Shown here: positions 36,301-44,555 of the stretch, one piece after another | Position numbering within the stretch: position 1 is the stretch's first letter | How the letters are laid out: the number at the start of each line of letters is the position of its first letter | Virus record (IMG/VR): IMGVR_UViG_3300035670_000008 | Span: 124,001 to 188,000 of that record | Reading direction: 5' to 3' (one strand) | Length of the DNA stretch: 64,000 bases | The notes under the pieces: model-generated | What the model was told of the DNA's origin: nothing | Seen by the model: only the letters and a program-made list of their open reading frames with translations | The model's database searches: none | Position numbers and translations under genes: made by a program

Positions 36301-36655
36301 TGCCTACTCTTGGGACAAAGACCGGGTAACGATTGTAGATATGAACCGGCAGTATGAAATTCTAGGCAACGAGCTGGCGGTGGTGGCTCAGAATGACAAG
36401 AATGATTGGATACCTACTGTAGACGTTGTGGAAAGCGGTGACGGGGCTTCTACGCCAAAACTCGTAGCTACACAGGCTGCGGAGAACGGCAAGGTGGATT
36501 TAAACACGGCTATCTCTAATGTGGAGAAAGGGATTAATTATATTACCTTTAAGCGGGAGCCTCCTTCTATCTGGCGGGTAGAAGGTGTCGTCGACCGCTT
36601 TATGGACGGCGTGCCAGGATACTATACCGAACTAGCTTTACTTAGTTGCTTTTAA
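33320..36655 (+). CDS. Baseplate hub protein (gp27 / gpD / Mu gp44-like) with helical insertions (1111 aa)
   Basis: ICLYGGYLD...KGVWTVDTITVSG...ITVQCRDRLKYL, and a C-terminus ILGDPSFVPGEVIQV...WRVEGVVDRF..GYYTEL typical of hub proteins. Confidence 0.7.
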   Translation: MSERVQAKLEPTFGLDLGAACHQQQQAQYPVFVVTDLENKIIFSNATLWKLTKARTNINRYWQASTAFFQCTIELTDLSQLVPSWLAPGYRHPTVARTNILPSPEKPEEEEGTEVTPTPVTQPTPTGSGTMLGFYEERRKAIAELQSAGETAAPLKVEPHPDVPEVKEIVQTLQAEYSAANGDSAKKAAAATKYYGAVLKAYDAEISKIKANQQGTEAPTSTTPAASTNQSSTLVPPMSQKIKDEIRKNKEEWDSRVGPGKAVELFDIEAVREDMLAKISPELKAYGESLPDVEPYKSFTFLGKLWEALELSEAGASGSQQQTSSIPSQQAISDAVAEFPLAPYDEICLYGGYLDRLREATTTDIDQNRLLRKGVWTVDTITVSGSTPTGIIITVQCRDRLKYLMDTFGSYNTAESSEFLTRDSKEWYASARTNVILNIARRGIGHLTFNGQEQTLGGRFIQQGTILDIPTAVDGQTRIEGFDPYFMYKNGETLFLATGSPTANPDGSASVTTAGPAESIDLSTPEGVKKAEEKLQEVKEKARAQLETITDEAEKKAAQEVFDRINALQTGQDLLNYIKNSPNQNSVLGTDLSNNQTTTAQLGGSLRGSVVNGPLAKEMKFNIVSGRVPYATGADSYFGSNFIVADRVPLDYIKFLSQQEPWPTEVFQDSRTGEFWYAPRGLDLSGLSDRNRFYRTYYFRNWPSDLVAKSDAAQASKKALAAVQAQGAELATYDDLISKITKASAEIKQYEDWLNQPFGEDAAEMTQLYTNMGNIISTTKSFVYENSVEDSEPRKKMDQAVAEWIALAPVQDKGVFVSKSQAIRGILTELQDLYKQEAEAQRQTVSEQKNELTAATGAAPGFTSSAPHLAQMIHTFREEVSNVSVRTNIIVQTHSPASPENIQQILHLTVQPWFMRGRAYPTSFFTVTDDTAGTVGGGGKSGALIALAMAYARVIAKELRVAAATILGDPSFVPGEVIQVIGSPMNPDALKPESAYSWDKDRVTIVDMNRQYEILGNELAVVAQNDKNDWIPTVDVVESGDGASTPKLVATQAAENGKVDLNTAISNVEKGINYITFKREPPSIWRVEGVVDRFMDGVPGYYTELALLSCF

Positions 36656-36658
36656 TTC

Positions 36659-38551
36659 ATGCTTAACACTGCTGACTCTTTCTATTTCTCCAACAAGCCG
36701 ACCGACCAAGAGCGTTGGGTTAACAGTAACGACCAGAAGAACAACATCCAATACGAAGGGGTGGTTCAATCCATCACACCGCTAGGTTATTTAAATGGTA
36801 CCTGCACGGTGTATATCCCTAACCTACGGATGTACGTTAAGTGCCAAACTAACTTTGGCTACAACTCCTTCTACAGCGGTCAGACAGTCGCCTATAAACC
36901 AGGGGACTTCGTTCGAGTTAGCTTTGTTAATGGTAAGACCGAGCGTCCAACGATTATCGGAAGTCTTAGTAACCACCGCTCGGAGCGGTATATGTTGGGG
37001 GAAGGTAACCCAATCCCCAAGCATTGGACGTTTCAAGAAGACGGCGCATCAGCTACAGTCACCCCTAACGCTTATATCCCTGAGCTAGCCCGCTGGGGGT
37101 ACCGGGCCACGGGGCAGGTCTTTGACTTCCCTGGGTTAATTAACCAGAACGTGCAGGGAAGTAACTTCTACACGGAGATTCCTGGCTCAGCCGTCTGGGA
37201 TTTACATGGTAGCTACCATATCTATCCGCTCGGGGAGCTAAACATCGCGGCGACCAAGCTAAACATTAAAATCACCGCTCCAAGGGTAGACCCCGCGCTG
37301 TTCCCCTTAGAAGTACTGCAACATCGCATGAAGTACTTCCAGGACTTTGAAGGGAAGAACAACCGATATTTCCTAGACAACACAGGTAACAAACTAACTC
37401 GCTATAACCTGGACGAACACTTCATCCCTATCTCCGCTGATATGGAGCTACAGCCAGGCCCTGATATTAAGAAGGGCCTGATTGAAGAGGCGAAGAACGA
37501 AGTTAAGTCTGTTACGCACATGGAGAAGTGCATCGACCAGAACCGCTCCCAAGCTGAGTCCATGTTCCAGCGAATATTCGGAGCGGTAGCTGGAGGTCTT
37601 TTAGGTAGCTTCGGCGGCGGGCTGGGCAACATCATTGATGTCGGAGACGATATTCTAAACGATATTCTGAATGCAGGTCTAGGGTGGGCTATCCAGCAAG
37701 TCAATGGAGCTCTACCAGACTGGATGCAGATTGGACTCAGTAATGGTGGTATTAGCGTTGGTCCAATTGGGATAGACCCTAAGACAGGTAATATTAGCCT
37801 AAACGGTCAGATATTCAGTTCCTTTATCAATGATGGGTTGGACTCGTTGAATAAAGTCTTCCCCAGTTGGTTAGGTATCAAGATATCAGCGGAGACCCTA
37901 CAGATTGGTGGGCAGGATATCCCTTTAAGCGAGCTAGGTAAAGACGGCGGTAGTTTTACCGTCGGAGCCTTGGTTATCTCTAATCAAGGTGGGTCAGTAA
38001 CCGTATCAGTCGATGGAGAGGTAGTCGCAGATATTACCCAAGCCGTTGGGACAATGGTTATGCAGGCAGGCACCGGTATTATTAACGGCGGGCTACGGCA
38101 ATTAAACCAGAATTTACCGGCTGGCTTCCAGATGGGGGCTTCCTTAGGCAGTAACGGAATGCCGACCTTTAACCTTGGCCCTCTGAAAATGACACCTTTC
38201 GGCCCTAACGCAGGTATCTCTTTGGATAAGGCTGCCTTAGGTAAAGCGCTGGAGGGGCTGCTCGGAGGGTTGCTAGAGAAGTTCTTATCTCAACTGCCCT
38301 TACCGCTCCAGCTATTAGGTCGTGCGTTGTGGAACGAGATTAACTTTGGGGCTTTATTCTTAGACGCTCCTAAAGAACCCGACGGCGCAGCTAACTCAGT
38401 AGAAGGGATTATCCGTTCTGGGCGCTATACTTGTGTTAGCGGGCCTATTGATTTTATCAACGTGCCCGTTACTATATCCCCACTTCCGCCGCCTTCCGCC
38501 TTTGACGTGGAGGAAGCTGGGATAGGTAATGACGCCAGCAACACCGCTTAA
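36659..38551 (+). CDS. Baseplate spike protein, gp5/gpV-type OB-fold N-terminus (630 aa)
   Basis: EGVVQSI...CTVYIP...YKPGDFVRVSFVNGKTERPTIIGSL matches the spike OB-fold. The C-terminal half is Gly-rich and repetitive. Confidence 0.7.
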   Translation: MLNTADSFYFSNKPTDQERWVNSNDQKNNIQYEGVVQSITPLGYLNGTCTVYIPNLRMYVKCQTNFGYNSFYSGQTVAYKPGDFVRVSFVNGKTERPTIIGSLSNHRSERYMLGEGNPIPKHWTFQEDGASATVTPNAYIPELARWGYRATGQVFDFPGLINQNVQGSNFYTEIPGSAVWDLHGSYHIYPLGELNIAATKLNIKITAPRVDPALFPLEVLQHRMKYFQDFEGKNNRYFLDNTGNKLTRYNLDEHFIPISADMELQPGPDIKKGLIEEAKNEVKSVTHMEKCIDQNRSQAESMFQRIFGAVAGGLLGSFGGGLGNIIDVGDDILNDILNAGLGWAIQQVNGALPDWMQIGLSNGGISVGPIGIDPKTGNISLNGQIFSSFINDGLDSLNKVFPSWLGIKISAETLQIGGQDIPLSELGKDGGSFTVGALVISNQGGSVTVSVDGEVVADITQAVGTMVMQAGTGIINGGLRQLNQNLPAGFQMGASLGSNGMPTFNLGPLKMTPFGPNAGISLDKAALGKALEGLLGGLLEKFLSQLPLPLQLLGRALWNEINFGALFLDAPKEPDGAANSVEGIIRSGRYTCVSGPIDFINVPVTISPLPPPSAFDVEEAGIGNDASNTA

Positions 38552-39179
38552 GCCTATGCCCCTCACAGCGTTTACTAAGCCTTTAGAGTCTCACGTCTTA
38601 GCTCCGACTGGTACCATCTTGGAGGTCGTGCAGACCCCAGAGGATTTAGAGTTTTATATTGGTAATTTGCTGACTATCTACGGTGCTAGGCACGCAATGA
38701 AAGTTAGCTATACATTAAGTGAGTTTCATCAAACCTCCAGTCTGTACAGCTTCTTTGACTTAGTTAAGCTGGCTACCAACTTTGGCATGGCTTATACGAT
38801 TACAGCTATTGGTATAGCTCTTGGAAGAGCTTTGGACGATGAGTTAGCTACGTTAGAGTTACTGTACCCAACTCAAACTTACGCGTATCAAGACATCCCG
38901 TCATTATCTGAGGTCAAGTTGGTCAGCTACAACGGTCAAGCCGATGGACTAGGTGAGATTCTAGAGTGGTTCGATTACGATAATATTCATCTGCCGGGGG
39001 CAGTCAACGATTTTAGTTATCTACTCAATTGGGTTGGCAAGCAAGAGCCCCTCTACAGCGCGTTCTTCCCTACGCCTTTTAGCCCCATCACTTTTACAAT
39101 CGAGTTTTTGCACCTCACCTGTAAATTTCCTGTCACTCCTGAACTCACCGCTTACCTTAAGAAACTCTACAATGCCTAA
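38529..39179 (+). CDS. Hypothetical protein (216 aa), baseplate region
   Basis: ORF overlapping both neighbours in the operon. No motif recognised. Confidence 0.6.
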   Translation: MTPATPLKPMPLTAFTKPLESHVLAPTGTILEVVQTPEDLEFYIGNLLTIYGARHAMKVSYTLSEFHQTSSLYSFFDLVKLATNFGMAYTITAIGIALGRALDDELATLELLYPTQTYAYQDIPSLSEVKLVSYNGQADGLGEILEWFDYDNIHLPGAVNDFSYLLNWVGKQEPLYSAFFPTPFSPITFTIEFLHLTCKFPVTPELTAYLKKLYNA

Positions 39180-40284
39180 GTTCACCGAGATTCAAGAAAG
39201 AACACTCTACAGTATGGCGCCGTTGCCAGTGTCTCCCTTTGCTCAGCGGGCTGGCTACACAAACCAGAGTCGGTATAAGACTGATCGAGACCGGGTACTG
39301 AGTATTACTTTAGGTCAACTAGAGTTGGTCGGGCTGCAAGAGCGGTACTTGGATAGCTATAACGAGACAGACCAACCCTCAGTGCTACAATATCGAGACT
39401 TGATGCTAGCGAAGGCAATTGAGGCCTCTCTGTATAACACGCAGTTTGTGAATGGGGTCAACGGGGAGCTGACCTGGCACGCAAAGAAGACCTGGAACTA
39501 CTACAGCTACAATGACATCTGGGAATACATTATGCCTGGGGAGATAGTAGACTACCCCTATCTGTGGGCGGGGTTAGGGTGTCCAGCTTACTACTTCTAC
39601 TACTCCAAACCCAACCCAGAAGAAGGTCTAATTCGCTCCTACGAACGGCTGCTCACTTTCTTCTGGGCGACCTTTGCTTGTAGCCACAACACTCAAACTC
39701 CCCGCCAACGACTCCAGTATTTAATCGATTCGATTGGTCTAACTTCAGTATTTCTTAAAGAGCTTAATCTTTATAACGACCGGCTGGTGCCAACCGCTTA
39801 TATGAAACGGAATAACCTGCCGAAGTTAACCCAACTAAAGCCCGCGTTGTTATTAAATCAATACGAGTCAGAATACTTCGCTATCGTCTTAGAAGATGTT
39901 GAATCTGACTTTAAAGACCAGTTCAGTAAAGCTACCAAAGCTATTCTCTCGATGGCAAAGCCAGGAGGCTTAAGCTATATAGCTCAATTCTTTATCGTGG
40001 AGGCATATCTCAAGATAGCCAAACTTCTAACCTTAGACCGTAGCTACGGTCAGCTCCCTTTAACCACCTACCTAAACTTAAACACTTTAGACGTTATCTC
40101 TAACTGTCAGGCTGTCGTTAGGTTGTTGAGCTTAGCTAACGACGCCTATACCATTCTGAATTGGTACGATAACAAGAAGAACGAGTTTCTAGAAAAGAAC
40201 TTGTTGTTGTGGTTAGCTAATACCCCCGACCAAACCTTAGCCTACGACTCCGAATACAGACTGACTAACTTTGATGGCAACTAA
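39172..40284 (+). CDS. Hypothetical protein (~370 aa), baseplate region
   Basis: The track starts it at 39034, overlapping the previous gene by 146 nt. The ATG at 39172 (MPKFTEIQ) gives a normal 8-nt overlap. Mostly helical and Tyr/Leu-rich. Confidence 0.6.
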   Translation: MPKFTEIQERTLYSMAPLPVSPFAQRAGYTNQSRYKTDRDRVLSITLGQLELVGLQERYLDSYNETDQPSVLQYRDLMLAKAIEASLYNTQFVNGVNGELTWHAKKTWNYYSYNDIWEYIMPGEIVDYPYLWAGLGCPAYYFYYSKPNPEEGLIRSYERLLTFFWATFACSHNTQTPRQRLQYLIDSIGLTSVFLKELNLYNDRLVPTAYMKRNNLPKLTQLKPALLLNQYESEYFAIVLEDVESDFKDQFSKATKAILSMAKPGGLSYIAQFFIVEAYLKIAKLLTLDRSYGQLPLTTYLNLNTLDVISNCQAVVRLLSLANDAYTILNWYDNKKNEFLEKNLLLWLANTPDQTLAYDSEYRLTNFDGN

Positions 40285-42673
40285 ATTTACCGACTACTCC
40301 GTCCAAAGCCTCACCAAAACAAAGCCAACGATTAGTGGCAGCTCCTACGACACGACGTATGTGCTAGAGACCAGCGCGGCGACAACGCCAGGCAGTCCGG
40401 TAACCGTGACTGTCAGGGCCTACCCGCCGGTCAGCGACCTTAGTCAGCTTAAACTCGAGGCAGCAAACCCAACACTACAAGCAGCCATGGTGGCTACTAA
40501 ATTCGTTCAGACAGAGAAGCCTGGGGTTTATCAGGCATCTGTCACAGTCAGTAAAGCACTGGAGCAAGGGTTAGAGCTATACGTTAGAGACACTAAAGGA
40601 AACCTAAGTAACGGTTCAGTGGTGTCTACGGTAAGCGCGCCAAAAGCAGAGGCCTCAAACTACAACAATCAAGTGGTGAGCACCCTAAACCAAACCTCTG
40701 CGATGTCAGACGCGTCAGAGTCAAACAAGGCAAAAGCGGGCACCTACGATGCGGCTCTGAAAAAGTTAGGGATGAGTGAGCCGACTAGCCGGAGCACCCA
40801 GACGACTAAAGGGAGAACTGGCGGGGCGGTGGAAACCGCGGTAGCTGGATACCGATCGCTAGCAGAGGCCCTCGCAGCCAACCATAAGTATGATGAGTTC
40901 AGCAAGCTCCGGGTGTGGGTAAACCTTTCTAAACCGAAGAACTACCGGATTAAACGGCTTAACGAGTATCGAACCGCTCTAGATAACTGTATGGAGCGAC
41001 TAGCCGTAGTGATGCAGAACTACGACTACGTCGAGGTGGGGAGTAGCGTCAAAGACCATACCAACGCGGAGAACTCCAACGCGCTGTCGTTTCGCTTCAA
41101 TGCTGGTACGTTCTTTGATGTGTATTCACCTGCGTCAGTCTTTAACACGGAGTATCTGATTCAATACTCCACGCGGGGCACCTTTCGCCAAACTGCCATC
41201 GACCAGCTCAGCAGTTTCTATACCTGGCATCGGGCTCAGAACAATATGGTTCACCAGGCTCGAGATTACTTCAACTACTCAACTCAGCACTCCTTTCTGG
41301 GCGGCAATATCAACACGACTATCTACCGAGATAAGAAGGAGCGGTACGAGTATCTAGTGACCCAGATCGGGCAAGTTAAAGGCGGCGAGAAAGTAGAGGG
41401 TAAACTGAGAAGCGCTTCTAAGAAGACGGCTGAATTTAACGGGCAGTCCGCCCAGCTACCTAGTATGGGAGGAAGCGAAAGCGGTGGTATGGGCGGCGGG
41501 GGTTTTACAGTTGAGGGAGCTTCAGACGTAGCTACAGATACGACACTACCCACCAGCTCTGCGACTGAAGCAGCTGAGCCTACTGACGGCGTAAAAGGAA
41601 GTGCTTCCGGTGAAGCCGAGACAGTTGCTCCTGATAAAGTCTCGAACTGGGACATCAGCGTTAAGAACGACTTTAATCTCCAGTCTGTAGTTGGAGGAAT
41701 TATCCAGCAAGCGAAGGATTTATTCTTCCAGCAAGCCAAGGCAATTATTCTCAAAGCCTCCGAGAGCTTATTCTTAAAGTCCTCTAAGCATGTCTGCATA
41801 GAGGCTAAACAAGACCTATACCTGAAAGCCGGCGGCACTCTTTACATCAACGCTGACAACTTAGTTATCCGTACCGTCAGCGGTAACATCCAACGGCTGG
41901 TGGGCTACGCTGGCATCGATGAATACGTAGAGAAGAACGGCATAGACCTGCTCAAGAATGAGGACGGCGACCCTTATAAAGACGAGAACGGGGACTATAT
42001 TACGATGGCTGGAGATGAAGCCGTCTCCGTTAAAATGCCTACTCCACAGAAAGGGACTATCGTTGAGTTTCTGAAGCCAGGCCCTATCTATGTACCGACG
42101 CCCAAATTAGTGGAGGGAGACAATAGCCTCTTTACAGACTTCCTTAAAGACATGAATCTAGACCCCATTACTAACCTCACAGACATCCTAGACGGCAGTG
42201 CGCTAAGCGATGCGTTAGGGGACTCTCTGCTGAGCACTTTTGGGGAAGGAGACCTTGGTAAGTTTATTACTGACGTAGCCACCAGCGGGCTAGAGCAAAT
42301 GCTGGACGCAGGGTTAGACGCACTACCTGGCGCAGGAGAGTTGTTAGATACCGTAGGTGACATTAACGACCAGCTCAATGCCTTCGTCGATGAACTAATC
42401 GAGATTAAGAAGAGTTCGGTGGAGGTCGTAGGGCCTGACCTTAGCTACATCGTCACCTATAAGCTTCCAGAAGCGCCAGCTACTGCTGTAATAACTTACC
42501 CTACGGAGCTACTGGACTACCCGAAAGTTTCAGTACCTAAGCCTGCTTCTACTGGCAGTAACGACCTTAGAAATATGCCCGTGTTACCTAAGGCTCGAAT
42601 CGAACCCCTCTGGCAGAACGGGGTAGATATGAACACACCAACTACCCCAGCAGAGGGAACTCAAGATGCCTAA
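40274..42673 (+). CDS. Spike-like protein with gp5/VgrG-type beta-helix repeats (~799 aa)
   Basis: An 8-residue periodic run, IILKASES-LFLKSSKH-VCIEAKQD-LYLKAGGT-LYINADN-LVIRT. ATG at 40274 is preferred over the TTG at 40271. Confidence 0.55.
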   Translation: MATKFTDYSVQSLTKTKPTISGSSYDTTYVLETSAATTPGSPVTVTVRAYPPVSDLSQLKLEAANPTLQAAMVATKFVQTEKPGVYQASVTVSKALEQGLELYVRDTKGNLSNGSVVSTVSAPKAEASNYNNQVVSTLNQTSAMSDASESNKAKAGTYDAALKKLGMSEPTSRSTQTTKGRTGGAVETAVAGYRSLAEALAANHKYDEFSKLRVWVNLSKPKNYRIKRLNEYRTALDNCMERLAVVMQNYDYVEVGSSVKDHTNAENSNALSFRFNAGTFFDVYSPASVFNTEYLIQYSTRGTFRQTAIDQLSSFYTWHRAQNNMVHQARDYFNYSTQHSFLGGNINTTIYRDKKERYEYLVTQIGQVKGGEKVEGKLRSASKKTAEFNGQSAQLPSMGGSESGGMGGGGFTVEGASDVATDTTLPTSSATEAAEPTDGVKGSASGEAETVAPDKVSNWDISVKNDFNLQSVVGGIIQQAKDLFFQQAKAIILKASESLFLKSSKHVCIEAKQDLYLKAGGTLYINADNLVIRTVSGNIQRLVGYAGIDEYVEKNGIDLLKNEDGDPYKDENGDYITMAGDEAVSVKMPTPQKGTIVEFLKPGPIYVPTPKLVEGDNSLFTDFLKDMNLDPITNLTDILDGSALSDALGDSLLSTFGEGDLGKFITDVATSGLEQMLDAGLDALPGAGELLDTVGDINDQLNAFVDELIEIKKSSVEVVGPDLSYIVTYKLPEAPATAVITYPTELLDYPKVSVPKPASTGSNDLRNMPVLPKARIEPLWQNGVDMNTPTTPAEGTQDA

Positions 42674-42935
42674 CGACCTACCTTATTCTGAATTAGCAGC
42701 CAACTCAGCTAAGCCTCTATCAACCGAGTACAAAGTCATTAAGCAAGACCGGAGTGTTGTTACGGTAGTTCCACTGCGACCTCCTGCTGCTCAACTAACA
42801 GAGGGTCAGATTCTACAGTTCACGGATGAACTATCTGGGGTTGTGAAAAGACAGACTGCTACTAATACTTATGAAGTTCTACTACCCTTAGAAAGACCCG
42901 TCGTTACAGGGTCTCTGAAACGTCTAAGTTTGTAG
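42666..42935 (+). CDS. Hypothetical protein (89 aa)
   Basis: Overlaps the previous stop by 8 nt and fills the gap before the W-like gene. Confidence 0.55.
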   Translation: MPNDLPYSELAANSAKPLSTEYKVIKQDRSVVTVVPLRPPAAQLTEGQILQFTDELSGVVKRQTATNTYEVLLPLERPVVTGSLKRLSL

Positions 42936-42960
42936 TAGAACCTTAGAGCTAATTGAGTGT

Positions 42961-43476
42961 ATGACCGCCTTAAAGAAGAGACTAGACTTATACGATGACG
43001 CGATTGGGGCGGACGTAGTTATAAGTTCAAACCGAGACTTACTCTTAGACGCCCAGGATGGTGACTTAGCAACCGTAACTGGCTCGGCTGTCTTGGATAT
43101 GGCTTTAAGGCGGCGGCTGTCCACTCCACTTAATGGGTACGCCCGGGTCGTCAAAACCAGTCGAGGATACGAGTATTTAGATGCTAGCTACGGCAGCCGT
43201 CTCTCTAACTTCCTTTCCGCCCCACTAACTGACCTCTCTCTACAAGAAGCAGTAGCCGCAGTCGAACAAGACGTAGTCAAAGATAATCGAGTCGCTGTCG
43301 CCCGTGGGGATGTGAATGAAGTCCAGCAGAATGGTTACACTATCGAGCTGTACTTCGCACCAAAGTCAATTAACGAAATTAAAGCTCAAGACAACACCGC
43401 TGGTAGCTACGCTCAGGACTCTGTATTCAATGCTCAAGTAGCAACTAATTATTCTTTAATCATTCCTTTGTATTAA
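42961..43476 (+). CDS. Baseplate wedge protein, gp25 / gpW-like (171 aa)
   Basis: GDLATVTG..VLDMALRRRLSTP.....YGSRL..FLSAP...VEQDVVKDNRV. It precedes baseplate J. Confidence 0.8.
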   Translation: MTALKKRLDLYDDAIGADVVISSNRDLLLDAQDGDLATVTGSAVLDMALRRRLSTPLNGYARVVKTSRGYEYLDASYGSRLSNFLSAPLTDLSLQEAVAAVEQDVVKDNRVAVARGDVNEVQQNGYTIELYFAPKSINEIKAQDNTAGSYAQDSVFNAQVATNYSLIIPLY

Positions 43477-43477
43477 G

Positions 43478-44554
43478 ATGGCCTACACCCCTAAGACCAT
43501 AGATGATGTTCAACAAGCCTACTTCCAAGCGTTAGCCGACGCCAACAGTCAGATTAGGATTGATAAAACTCAGGGGTCGGTAGCCTATACCCTGGGACGG
43601 GCCTCCGCGGCAATCGCAGTACTTCAAGACCTAGAGCTTAAGCGGTTAGCAGACTCAATTAATCTCTCAACTGCAGCGGGAGACCAGCTAGACTCTTTTA
43701 GCAGTTTTGGTATACGTCGGCTGCCTGCACAGTTCGCAACTGGGACAGTGTTGTGTCTATCCGAAGAAGAGCCGGCGGTCTTACAACCTAGAACGATTCT
43801 GACAGACATCTCGACCGGGTCTCAGTTTGTCACTAAGAACACTACCCCAATTATCGTCAGTTACCTAGAAGTCTCCATTGCAATCACAGCGGTATCTACC
43901 GGGGCTGCCTATAACCTTTCGGCGGGCACGGTACTTTATGCAGCTGGACTGCCATATTTAAAGGCAACCGTGGGTACGATTCATACCCAGGAGAACGAGT
44001 ATCTAGGTAGCTTGACGGGCGGCTCTTCTAGAGAAGACGACGATGCTTTCCGAAATCGGATTGCCAGTTGGCTGCTTAGCCACACTACAGCCAGTAAAGG
44101 CGTGGTTATTAACCGGCTGCTGTCCTTCCCTGGGGTTACCAGAGCCTATAGCTATACCAAAGCAGGTGGTGTTATTGAAATCTGGGTCGACTCGATTCAA
44201 ACACTCAACGCTTCCCAGAAGTTGGAGCTGGTGAATTATCTCAAGCCTTATATCTCAGACGGGATTATTGTTGCGCTCTCGCAGCTAACAACTGTCCCCG
44301 CCAATCTGGAGATAGACTTGATTCCGTTTTCAGCCGCGGATATGGCTGTGGTAGCCGCCCGGGTGCGTCAAGTAATTACTCAAGTAATCAGTCAACTAGA
44401 GGTCGGACAGACGCTGGCGCTTTCTGTCATCAATGAAGTTATTAAACCACTGGCGGCTAAAGCCATTGTTACCCAACCTAAGGCTGACATCATCTGTGGG
44501 TTGGGAGAAATACTAATCCCAGGCGAGATTATTGTCCGATACCCCATTAACTAA
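43478..44554 (+). CDS. Baseplate J-like protein (358 aa)
   Basis: TAAGDQLD..FGIRRLPAQFATGTV, GGSSREDDDAFRNRI and FPGVTRAY are baseplate-J hallmarks. Confidence 0.9.
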   Translation: MAYTPKTIDDVQQAYFQALADANSQIRIDKTQGSVAYTLGRASAAIAVLQDLELKRLADSINLSTAAGDQLDSFSSFGIRRLPAQFATGTVLCLSEEEPAVLQPRTILTDISTGSQFVTKNTTPIIVSYLEVSIAITAVSTGAAYNLSAGTVLYAAGLPYLKATVGTIHTQENEYLGSLTGGSSREDDDAFRNRIASWLLSHTTASKGVVINRLLSFPGVTRAYSYTKAGGVIEIWVDSIQTLNASQKLELVNYLKPYISDGIIVALSQLTTVPANLEIDLIPFSAADMAVVAARVRQVITQVISQLEVGQTLALSVINEVIKPLAAKAIVTQPKADIICGLGEILIPGEIIVRYPIN

Positions 44555-44555
44555 A

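Noticed and set aside
39034-39171. Track start sites at 39034 (and at 40271 and 44532)
   Set aside because: They use non-ATG codons and create unnecessary overlaps. The downstream ATGs at 39172, 40274 and 44556 give normal translational coupling.
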